DNA of 64,000 bases from Minisyncoccota bacterium (GTDB lineage: Bacteria; Patescibacteriota; Minisyncoccia; Phycocordibacterales; CAIZLB01). Of the stretch, positions 9,998 through 17,259 are shown piece after piece. The notes beneath the pieces were generated by a model. The model saw nothing but the letters and a program-made list of their open reading frames with translations, did no database searches and was not told the origin of the DNA. The translations under genes and the position numbers were made by a program. Every line of letters begins with the position of its first letter. Position 1 is the stretch's first letter. The stretch is taken from contig JAIPIA010000003.1 in the NCBI GenBank assembly GCA_021734945.1, forward strand, positions 28,895 through 92,894. Reading direction: 5' to 3'.

Positions 9998-10010
9998 GAT
10001 GGATTCATTA

Positions 10011-10430
10011 TTATTTGATAGTACTAAAATAAATATTTTCTTTATCTTTACACCATTGGATAATTCTATCCAAAAATTCTTTCGGGTAAAAAATAATTTC
10101 ACCTAACTTTTCAATATCAACCCATTCAAAATCAATATGTGACTCTTTCGAGATGATACCAGCTGAATCTGGATCAAGATCTACAGTATAGAGCATATTA
10201 TATTCATGATGAATTGGGTCTCCCCATTTATTCTCAAAAACTCCTATGAAATTTATATTTTTAATCCTTACCCCACACTCTTCCATCATCTCTCGTTTTA
10301 ATGCGACTTCTGCATTTTCACCGAACTCAACATGACCGCCCGGCAGATAATAGTGACCTGCTTTAATTGCTTTACAGAAAAGGAGTTTATTATCTTTGAG
10401 GATAAATGCCCTCGAAATTATTTCAATCAT
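10011..10430 (-). CDS. NUDIX hydrolase
   Basis: Nudix box PGGHVEFGENAEVALKREMMEECG. Confidence 0.9.
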   Translation of the reverse strand: MIEIISRAFILKDNKLLFCKAIKAGHYYLPGGHVEFGENAEVALKREMMEECGVRIKNINFIGVFENKWGDPIHHEYNMLYTVDLDPDSAGIISKESHIDFEWVDIEKLGEIIFYPKEFLDRIIQWCKDKENIYFSTIK

Positions 10431-10481
10431 AGTAAGGCTATATTAGCATACTTTAAATTTGACTTGAACTGCCTTCGTTTT

Positions 10482-11411
10482 TCAGTTTTTCTCTTTAAAC
10501 AGTCTTCTCCTCCCCTTTCCAGCCTCAAGGTTTGTATATTTACGGAACTCACATCCTATACCTTCCCAATTCTCTGCAGATAATATTATTGGCTTGTTAT
10601 CAAAAGTTAGGTATGCACTCATATTTAAGTTAGCAAGATTTTGGACAAGTATTGTTGGGTCTGTCTCAGCTTCAATTCTTTTCATAGTAGGTAAGGAACC
10701 TGGACCTACTGGAAAACGTTTGTATAGATCTATGTATTGAGGATATTGATATGCCACATCTATCAGAACCTCTGTCCAAAGAAATGATAAATTATATCCG
10801 AATATTGGAATGATTTTTTGTAGACCATCATAGACTGATTTTTTATCCCAACTTTCTATCTCCCTTGATACTCTTTTTATAATAGTAGGTAAATATTCAG
10901 CAATAAAAGTTTCCCTTGTTGGCGTTTTACTTTTCAATATAGTACTAATTGGAAATACATATGGAGTTCCAAAACGTGGACGAGGTGAATTCAAAAATGC
11001 ATCTAAAAACTCTCTATTCTTTTGGCTATCAAATGAGAGTAATCCAACTTTTTCTATAGTTTCTGTACGAGCAACCATACGAAAATAGAACATATTCAAA
11101 ATCCAACGAGGAAAATCTTCTCGCATGGGATTGAGTAATGTATGAAATTCTATTGTTTGTCTATCAAGCTCTCGAAATATGTTACAAAATCTATACTGTG
11201 CAAAAATAGGATCGGTGGTGTACTGCACAGTGGCGCCACCATTTTTTTTGTTCCATATAGACATCCGATCATGTGCAAACTCCACCATTTCTTTAATTGT
11301 CTTATTGCTTTGATACTTTCTAAGGTCTTCTACTTTGTGTGGTCTACTAGAGTCATGTATATGGAATCTCCAATGACGATATAGTTTTATTAATTTCTGA
11401 GGAAGTTCCAT
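10482..11411 (-). CDS. Putative DNA base-hypermodification enzyme (aGPT-Pplase1 / amino acid:DNA transferase family, HhH-glycosylase-like fold)
   Basis: Ordered family motifs TDPIFAQYRFCNIFRELDR, FR...ET, FLWTEVLIDVAY, VGPGS, CEFRKY...GKGR. Confidence 0.75.
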   Translation of the reverse strand: MELPQKLIKLYRHWRFHIHDSSRPHKVEDLRKYQSNKTIKEMVEFAHDRMSIWNKKNGGATVQYTTDPIFAQYRFCNIFRELDRQTIEFHTLLNPMREDFPRWILNMFYFRMVARTETIEKVGLLSFDSQKNREFLDAFLNSPRPRFGTPYVFPISTILKSKTPTRETFIAEYLPTIIKRVSREIESWDKKSVYDGLQKIIPIFGYNLSFLWTEVLIDVAYQYPQYIDLYKRFPVGPGSLPTMKRIEAETDPTILVQNLANLNMSAYLTFDNKPIILSAENWEGIGCEFRKYTNLEAGKGRRRLFKEKN

Positions 11412-11449
11412 TGCTGGTATTTTAGCATGGGTAGAGAGACTTTTTTTAA

Positions 11450-11875
11450 CTAATCAATATTTAGAACATAATACTTCCACTCAGTATCGGCACTATATTT
11501 AGAATAAAATTTCTGTGCATCGGCATTATCTCTCGATGTTCTCCATTCTATCCTGCAGTATTTTTCTACTTTTGCGTATTCTATCACCCAATCAAAAAGA
11601 GTCTTGCCAACTCCTCTACCCCTCTCAGATGGCACCACATAAAACTCTTCCACATATAACGTACGTTTAGCTTGTGTAGTTGAAAAACTATCAAGCGTAA
11701 CAATAAGCGCAATCAATTCATCTTTATCAAAATATCCGAAAACAGAGTACGTGCATTTTTCGAAAGCACCCAGCAGTCTTTGCCTATGGTGTATATCAAA
11801 CTGTGTATCATTTGCCTCTTCAAGGAGCTTGAAAAATTGTAGAAAATCTCCTTTTTCAATCTTTTTAATGTTCAT
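11450..11875 (-). CDS. GNAT family N-acetyltransferase
   Basis: LYVEEFYVVPSERGRGVGK acetyl-CoA motif A; NADAQKFY. Confidence 0.9.
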   Translation of the reverse strand: MNIKKIEKGDFLQFFKLLEEANDTQFDIHHRQRLLGAFEKCTYSVFGYFDKDELIALIVTLDSFSTTQAKRTLYVEEFYVVPSERGRGVGKTLFDWVIEYAKVEKYCRIEWRTSRDNADAQKFYSKYSADTEWKYYVLNID

Positions 11876-12033
11876 TTTAATTTTTTAAATCTAGACATAT
11901 TAAATTATAGTCTCGCTCCATAAATTTATGAAGACCTTTAAGGTCAAAGGGTTTATTATAGGATAATTGTATCAAAATAAAGAATATTATGTGTATTATA
12001 CGAATTTGAGAAACACAGACCTAATATGTATCA

Positions 12034-12441
12034 CTATCGCTTCTGCATTTTATAAAAAACATAACCCACTCCAATCTGCCACAGAATTACGACAACTGGT
12101 ACAATTAGCAAAGCATTGTTATTTTCAAAAATCGCCTGATTAAGAATTTCCCAAAGAAAAATGACCCAGAATATATGAAGTACCCCAAATACATATTCAT
12201 CTAAAGGATGATGGTCTACATAGACACCTGTTATCGTTTTGGGGTTAAAACGCCAAACCCAGACTTTGTCTGTCCTTCCGTGTTTTGTCGCCCACATGTC
12301 CCAAGCAATACCATAAATCACAATAATGAACGTGAACAATGATAACTTTAAAATATCAAGGCTTCCTTCAGAGGCAGAAAAAAGCACAATGACTGGTATA
12401 AAATAAATTGCAAAGAGTAATTTTAGATAAAGAAATTTCAT
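12034..12441 (-). CDS. Lycopene cyclase domain membrane protein (CrtYc/CrtYd-like subunit)
   Basis: WDMWA...G...WRFN...ITG...PLDEYVF pattern; 4 TM segments. Confidence 0.7.
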   Translation of the reverse strand: MKFLYLKLLFAIYFIPVIVLFSASEGSLDILKLSLFTFIIVIYGIAWDMWATKHGRTDKVWVWRFNPKTITGVYVDHHPLDEYVFGVLHIFWVIFLWEILNQAIFENNNALLIVPVVVILWQIGVGYVFYKMQKR

Positions 12442-12854
12442 TGTTTTGTATGAGGTCTTTCGATTAATGGAAAAATAACAAAGGCGAGTATAAGCGTGCC
12501 TATTAAAATCACACCCAAGCCACCATTACTAATATTTACACTTTTTACATATTCCCAAAGAGCTATAGGAAGAGGAACCCACACTAGTGGAAATAAAAAT
12601 TCTTCTATAGGCAGGTTTGATATTTTTAAACCGAGAATATCATTACTGTTAAAATCCCATATCCATTTTCTAGAACTAGTACCCGACCCCTTTGTTGTTC
12701 CAAAATCAGTTGTCATAATGAATAAGCCTGAAACAACTGCAATGACGAAAGACAGCACTATTTTTTGCATCGGCATCTGACTCAAAAAGTATATCTCCGG
12801 CAATATAGCCAAGATAGTGAGACTGATGATATATCTGAAATGATGGTTTTTCAT
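12438..12854 (-). CDS. Lycopene cyclase domain membrane protein (CrtYc/CrtYd-like subunit)
   Basis: WDFNSNDILGLKISNLPIEEFLF; ATGA overlap with its partner gene. Confidence 0.7.
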   Translation of the reverse strand: MKNHHFRYIISLTILAILPEIYFLSQMPMQKIVLSFVIAVVSGLFIMTTDFGTTKGSGTSSRKWIWDFNSNDILGLKISNLPIEEFLFPLVWVPLPIALWEYVKSVNISNGGLGVILIGTLILAFVIFPLIERPHTKQ

Positions 12855-13082
12855 ATTGTTATATTAAATATAACATTGTGGATTGAGAGGAACAATAACT
12901 ATGAATTAAAAGATTTACCTTAACTAAGTTTCCTATTCAAACACAGCATCAATTATCCCTTCGACCCCACCTCCTTTGGTCTGGTTCGCTGACCAAAATC
13001 GTATCAGTCTACATCAGAACTTCAGTCCAGCTTTCTCATTCACGACTCATTACGCTCATTCTCAAAAATATGGGAGAATCTT

Positions 13083-13181
13083 TTCGAATCCCCCAAAGCC
13101 CTGCTTTCACCAACATGTGACGCTCGGATATTAGCTACGCCAATATCCTACGCCGTCACTGCGGAGAGAGGGGGATTCGAA
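13083..13181. repeat. tRNA-associated inverted repeat/hairpin element
   Basis: TTCGAATCCCCC (13083-13094) is the exact reverse complement of 13170-13181; inner hairpin GTGACG/CGTCAC plus GGATATT/AATATCC. Confidence 0.6.
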
Positions 13182-13248
13182 CCCCCGAGAGGATTGCTCC
13201 CCTGCTACCTTTCCAAGGTAGTACATTCGACCGCTCTGCCATCTCTCC
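13162..13248 (-). tRNA. tRNA-Ser(GGA)
   Basis: GGAGAGA acceptor stem, CTACC-TTGGAAA-GGTAG anticodon arm, long variable arm, GGTTCGAATCC T arm; CCA not encoded. Confidence 0.96.
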
Positions 13249-13256
13249 ATATATTT

Positions 13257-13646
13257 TTATATTACACCATGTAACAGCACTATCATTATTAAAGCAATAG
13301 ATACCGCAATATGCCATAGTCCATGCCAAAAATCATCTCTTGTTTTATCTTCTTCACGGTATCTAATAAATAATGCACAACTAATAACTACCATTAACGC
13401 CATGCTATTCAAGTATGAAAATGAACTTGTAGCAAGTAGGAATAGTGATTGCAAAATAACAATATAAGAAATTCCTGAATCTATTACACTCCAGAATCTA
13501 TTTTTATAAATATGAAATAAAGTACTTGATACAAATAATAATATAAAAAGGAGTGCTGTGACATACATCCCTAACAAAAAGGAAAAGTAAATTGGCGCAA
13601 AATAGAAGAAATTACTTAATACTGAAAATTTATTTATATGTTTCAT
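13257..13646 (-). CDS. Small membrane protein with CREST-superfamily-like motifs
   Basis: SN near the N-terminus, SSTLFH, D, HGLWH in a hydrophobic protein with about 5 TMs. Confidence 0.55.
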   Translation of the reverse strand: MKHINKFSVLSNFFYFAPIYFSFLLGMYVTALLFILLFVSSTLFHIYKNRFWSVIDSGISYIVILQSLFLLATSSFSYLNSMALMVVISCALFIRYREEDKTRDDFWHGLWHIAVSIALIMIVLLHGVI

Positions 13647-13681
13647 TATTTTACAAAACTAACGCTTACCTACGATCACAT

Positions 13682-14713
13682 TTACCACCCTCCACTTGAT
13701 CCACCACCCCCAGAGCTTCCTCCACTGAAACCACTGAAGCCTCCACCACCTCCGTGACTACCGAATCCCCCACCACCATAAAACCAACCTCCGAAACCTC
13801 CACCCCCTGGACCTCCTTTTTTATAATTTTTAGAAACAATATAGTCGAAAATTAATCCAACAGCTGCATACCCAATAACATACACTAAGATAAATAATCC
13901 AGCACTAAATATTAGACCAAGAATAACACCTACTCCCCCTCCGAGAATTCCTCCAAACCACCAAGATTTTGAACGTCCGAGAATTGATCCTAGAATTGGA
14001 AAAATAAATCCAAAAAGGAAAAACAGGAATGTGAAAAAATTATCTGATGAAGAAAAAATTGTAGCTAAGAAGCCACGATTTAAACTAGAAGAGCTACCCG
14101 TCTGGGCAGCGTCAAGTCTTGAAGTATCGCCGTTGAGTAATCCAATGATTGTTTTGGTTGCATCAGTAATACCCGCACCATAATTTCCAGCGCGAAATGC
14201 TGGCTTCATTATGTTATTGATAATCTGCGAGCTCTGGAGATCTGTGAGAGAACCCTCAAGACCATATCCGACCTCAATACGAATCTTTTTTTCATCTACG
14301 GCCACAAGAATAAGTACTCCATTATTTTTTTCTTTTTGACCTATTCCCCATCCACGGAAAAGATTGTTTGCAAAATTTTCAACAGAGTCGCCATCGAGAG
14401 TTTTAATAGTTACAATAGCAATTTCATCTGAGTGTATACTTGTGCCATTTGAACCACTATTATTAGTATGTATCAGATTCTCCAAATCTGCTTTTTCTTG
14501 AGGATTCAATATACCTGCAAAATCACTCACATACCCTGTTGGTTTTATCTTAATCAACTGTGCAGAGGTTTCAGCTTCCACTCTTTGAACTCCACCGTTT
14601 AAACTTACAGGAAGCACTGGTGTAGCTAATACAAGCACCGATAAAACACCAATAGCACACATATATTGTGTGCTTATTGTTAGAATTTTTCTCAGAGAAA
14701 AAGTAGGTGCCAT
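13682..14713 (-). CDS. TPM domain protein (YgcG family)
   Basis: YVSDFAGIL, WGIGQKEKNNGVLILVA, IEVGYGLEG, Gly-rich tail FSGGSSGGGGSSGGW; alternative TTG start at 14731. Confidence 0.92.
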   Translation of the reverse strand: MAPTFSLRKILTISTQYMCAIGVLSVLVLATPVLPVSLNGGVQRVEAETSAQLIKIKPTGYVSDFAGILNPQEKADLENLIHTNNSGSNGTSIHSDEIAIVTIKTLDGDSVENFANNLFRGWGIGQKEKNNGVLILVAVDEKKIRIEVGYGLEGSLTDLQSSQIINNIMKPAFRAGNYGAGITDATKTIIGLLNGDTSRLDAAQTGSSSSLNRGFLATIFSSSDNFFTFLFFLFGFIFPILGSILGRSKSWWFGGILGGGVGVILGLIFSAGLFILVYVIGYAAVGLIFDYIVSKNYKKGGPGGGGFGGWFYGGGGFGSHGGGGGFSGFSGGSSGGGGSSGGW

Positions 14714-14774
14714 ATTATTTTTTGTAACCAATTTGTACTACCAAACCAATAACTGTCTATACCCGAATACAACC

Positions 14775-15335
14775 TTAGTTAGTTAAATCAACTTTTGGAT
14801 TTACCTGAGCTTCAGCAGTTACTTCAAAATACGCATGTTCAGCAAAACCAAACATACCTGCTATAAGTGATCGTGGGAAGAGCTTAATACTCTGATTGTA
14901 TCCAAGAATAGTATCGTTATATGACTTTCGCTCTACACTGATTCGGTTTTCAGTTCCTTCGAGCTGCACCATAAGACTCTGTACATTCTCAGAAGATTTG
15001 AGAGTTGGATAATTTTCTACAACAGCCAAAAGTCGTCCGAGTGAACTTTCAACTTGACCTGCTGCTTTAGCTTTTGCATCATCTGTAACTGCTCCCGAAT
15101 ACTTAGTTCGTGCATCTGCAAGTGCTGTGAAAATTTCTTTCTCCTGGTTCATAACCCCTTTTACAGAAGAAACAAGATTTGGAATAAGATCAAAACGTCG
15201 CTGATACTGGTTTTCAACCTGAGCCCACTGACCTTTGATAGATTCGTTCTGTCGAACGAGTGAGTTATATGTACCTCCTACATAGAGAGCGATAAGTACA
15301 ACTATTGCACCAACGATTATAAGTGTTTTTTTCAT
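14775..15335 (-). CDS. lemA: LemA family protein
   Basis: YNSLV, QYQRRFDLIPNLV, VENYPTLKS, LEGTENRI; ATG 15335 precedes the TM. Confidence 0.93.
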   Translation of the reverse strand: MKKTLIIVGAIVVLIALYVGGTYNSLVRQNESIKGQWAQVENQYQRRFDLIPNLVSSVKGVMNQEKEIFTALADARTKYSGAVTDDAKAKAAGQVESSLGRLLAVVENYPTLKSSENVQSLMVQLEGTENRISVERKSYNDTILGYNQSIKLFPRSLIAGMFGFAEHAYFEVTAEAQVNPKVDLTN

Positions 15336-15422
15336 GCGATTTAGCGAAATCGTGTCGCGCAATGTCCGAACCTGATGGTTCGTGTCGAATCTTTTCCCTT
15401 TGAGATTCGACCTGCGCGTCCG
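15334..15422. other. GC-rich multi-hairpin structured element upstream of lemA
   Basis: Stems CGCGCA/TGCGCG, CGAACC/GGTTCG, GTCGAATCT/AGATTCGAC and CGATTT/AAATCG in AT-rich surroundings. Confidence 0.6.
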
Positions 15423-15491
15423 TTTTCTTTTATATAATTAAATATTATTTATAAAGGTGTACTTAAACTTAATATAGTATACACTTTTGCT

Positions 15492-16694
15492 ATGCGAAGA
15501 TTATATCATATTACTAGGTGGAATTTTATTGGAATACTGGGAATTGTCAGCACTGTCATTATTGTGGTGTTTATGATTATTATCAATAAAAGCAACATCT
15601 ATATTGATACAAATTCAAATTTTGCAAATACAGCTGAGTTTAATCAAAAACTTGAAGTACAAAAACCTAAAAATATTAAAATCCTCGTACTCGGCGACAT
15701 GATGTTTGACAGAGGTGTGAGATCAAAAATAAATACATCAGGGTTTGCAGAAATATTCGGGCCAGCGACTACTACTTTTGCAGAATATGATTTAGTGGTT
15801 GCCAACCTTGAAGGACCTATTTCTACTTACAAATCTAAAACTATTTTGGATACCAACAAATCAATTCCTGGTTTCCAATTTACTTTTGCAACAGGCACAG
15901 CAAAAGCCCTCAAAGACGCAGGTATAGATATAGTGAGTCTAGCGAACAATCACACTGACAACTTCGGACAAAGTGGCTTACAACAAACTCGACAACTACT
16001 CGATGAAGCTGGCGTTAAATACTTTGGAAGTCCACAAAATATTGACCAAAATAATTCTGGGATTTCTACATCTACGTGTTTGCAAGCGCGAAATCTCGGC
16101 ACTCAAGATGGTGTGACGAATGCAAACAATATTTGCGTTGGTTTTATAGGCTGGCACGAATTTGGATCAAAAAACCATCAAGAGATTCTAAAGGAAATCG
16201 CGCGGTTGCGTCCTTTAGTTGATTATCTCGTAGTCTTTCCACATTGGGGTGAAGAATACAAAAAGACGCCTCACATAGAACAGGTCAGGCTTGCTCGAGT
16301 CTGGACTGATGCTGGAGCAGATGCAGTTATTGGTGCACACCCACACGTCATACAACAGATTACAAGACGTACTACTGCAGATGGACGAATTGTACCCATC
16401 TTTTATTCACTGGGTAATTTTATCTTCGATCAATATTTTTCTTTTGATACGACACACGGAATTGGTGTTGAAATAGAGTTTCCAATACCAACTGTTGCTA
16501 ATTCTAAGGACAGTACAACATCGACAATTTCTACCTCATCACGCGGAGTTGCACAATCTGCTACATACAAAATAATTAATTTTTCAAGTGTAGGTTCAAA
16601 AGTAAGTATTCCAGATGCATCATCTACAGACCGGATGATTAAAGACATTGAAACAGTTTCAGGTAAAAGTGTTTGGAGTTGGTTGAAGAGATAG
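15492..16694 (+). CDS. CapA/PgsA-family metallophosphoesterase
   Basis: GDMMFDR, NLEGP, LANNH, HWGEEY, GAHPHV, YSLGNFIFDQ. Confidence 0.92.
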   Translation: MRRLYHITRWNFIGILGIVSTVIIVVFMIIINKSNIYIDTNSNFANTAEFNQKLEVQKPKNIKILVLGDMMFDRGVRSKINTSGFAEIFGPATTTFAEYDLVVANLEGPISTYKSKTILDTNKSIPGFQFTFATGTAKALKDAGIDIVSLANNHTDNFGQSGLQQTRQLLDEAGVKYFGSPQNIDQNNSGISTSTCLQARNLGTQDGVTNANNICVGFIGWHEFGSKNHQEILKEIARLRPLVDYLVVFPHWGEEYKKTPHIEQVRLARVWTDAGADAVIGAHPHVIQQITRRTTADGRIVPIFYSLGNFIFDQYFSFDTTHGIGVEIEFPIPTVANSKDSTTSTISTSSRGVAQSATYKIINFSSVGSKVSIPDASSTDRMIKDIETVSGKSVWSWLKR

Positions 16695-16720
16695 ATATAG
16701 AAACGTTTAACACGAGAAGT

Positions 16721-16753
16721 AAAAAAAACCTGCAGCAGTGACGCCGCAGGTTT
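16721..16753. terminator. Probable terminator between convergent genes
   Basis: A-tract then AAACCTGC...GCAGGTTT hairpin. Confidence 0.55.
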
Positions 16754-16790
16754 GGATCCACTTATAGTGGACACTTTTTTTGAGAAATCG

Positions 16791-17132
16791 CTAGATAGCA
16801 ACTTCGTAAGGACCTTTCTCCCAGGATCCGCGGTAGCTCGACGACCTTTGGATAACCAGTGGTAAAATTGATTTACCTCTTGATATTTTCCTTGGTGACT
16901 GCCAAACACATAGTACATTTTGAGAGGTCTCGAGAGACAGATGAAATCTGCGTCTTTGACTTCCTAGGGCGATTTTACGAACCCACTGTTCAGCTTTAAA
17001 TTCTGAATCCAAGTTGATAACTGTCCCTTCATGGAACAGGAGCATGGCTTGCTGTCTTGGAGCGTTTGTCCTGATCCGCGTGATCGAGAAAACTTTCAAT
17101 TTGAATTGACACTGTTCGAGTTGGTTGGACAT
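16791..17132 (-). CDS. Hypothetical basic protein (orphan)
   Basis: 113-aa ATG ORF filling an intergenic gap, with GGAGG upstream and a hairpin on each side. Confidence 0.5.
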   Translation of the reverse strand: MSNQLEQCQFKLKVFSITRIRTNAPRQQAMLLFHEGTVINLDSEFKAEQWVRKIALGSQRRRFHLSLETSQNVLCVWQSPRKISRGKSILPLVIQRSSSYRGSWEKGPYEVAI

Positions 17133-17180
17133 CGAATCTTGTTCCTCCGAGGCTTCCTTTATAACACCACGTCATAAAAT

Positions 17181-17210
17181 TGCCAGTCCCAGATAATAAT
17201 AGGACTGGCA
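17181..17210 (-). terminator. Hairpin downstream of pheT
   Basis: TGCCAGTCC...GGACTGGCA inverted repeat. Confidence 0.55.
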
Positions 17211-17259
17211 ATATGTGTCAAATATTTCGAAAGACTAAAAATATGGAAAGATTCTCACA

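Noticed and set aside
8205-13160. Classical integrative element at tRNA-Ser
   Set aside because: I found no integrase and no direct repeat of the tRNA 3' end; it is reported only as an accessory-looking block.
16430-16918. 162-aa minus-strand ORF
   Set aside because: It overlaps capA antisense and crosses the terminator hairpin.
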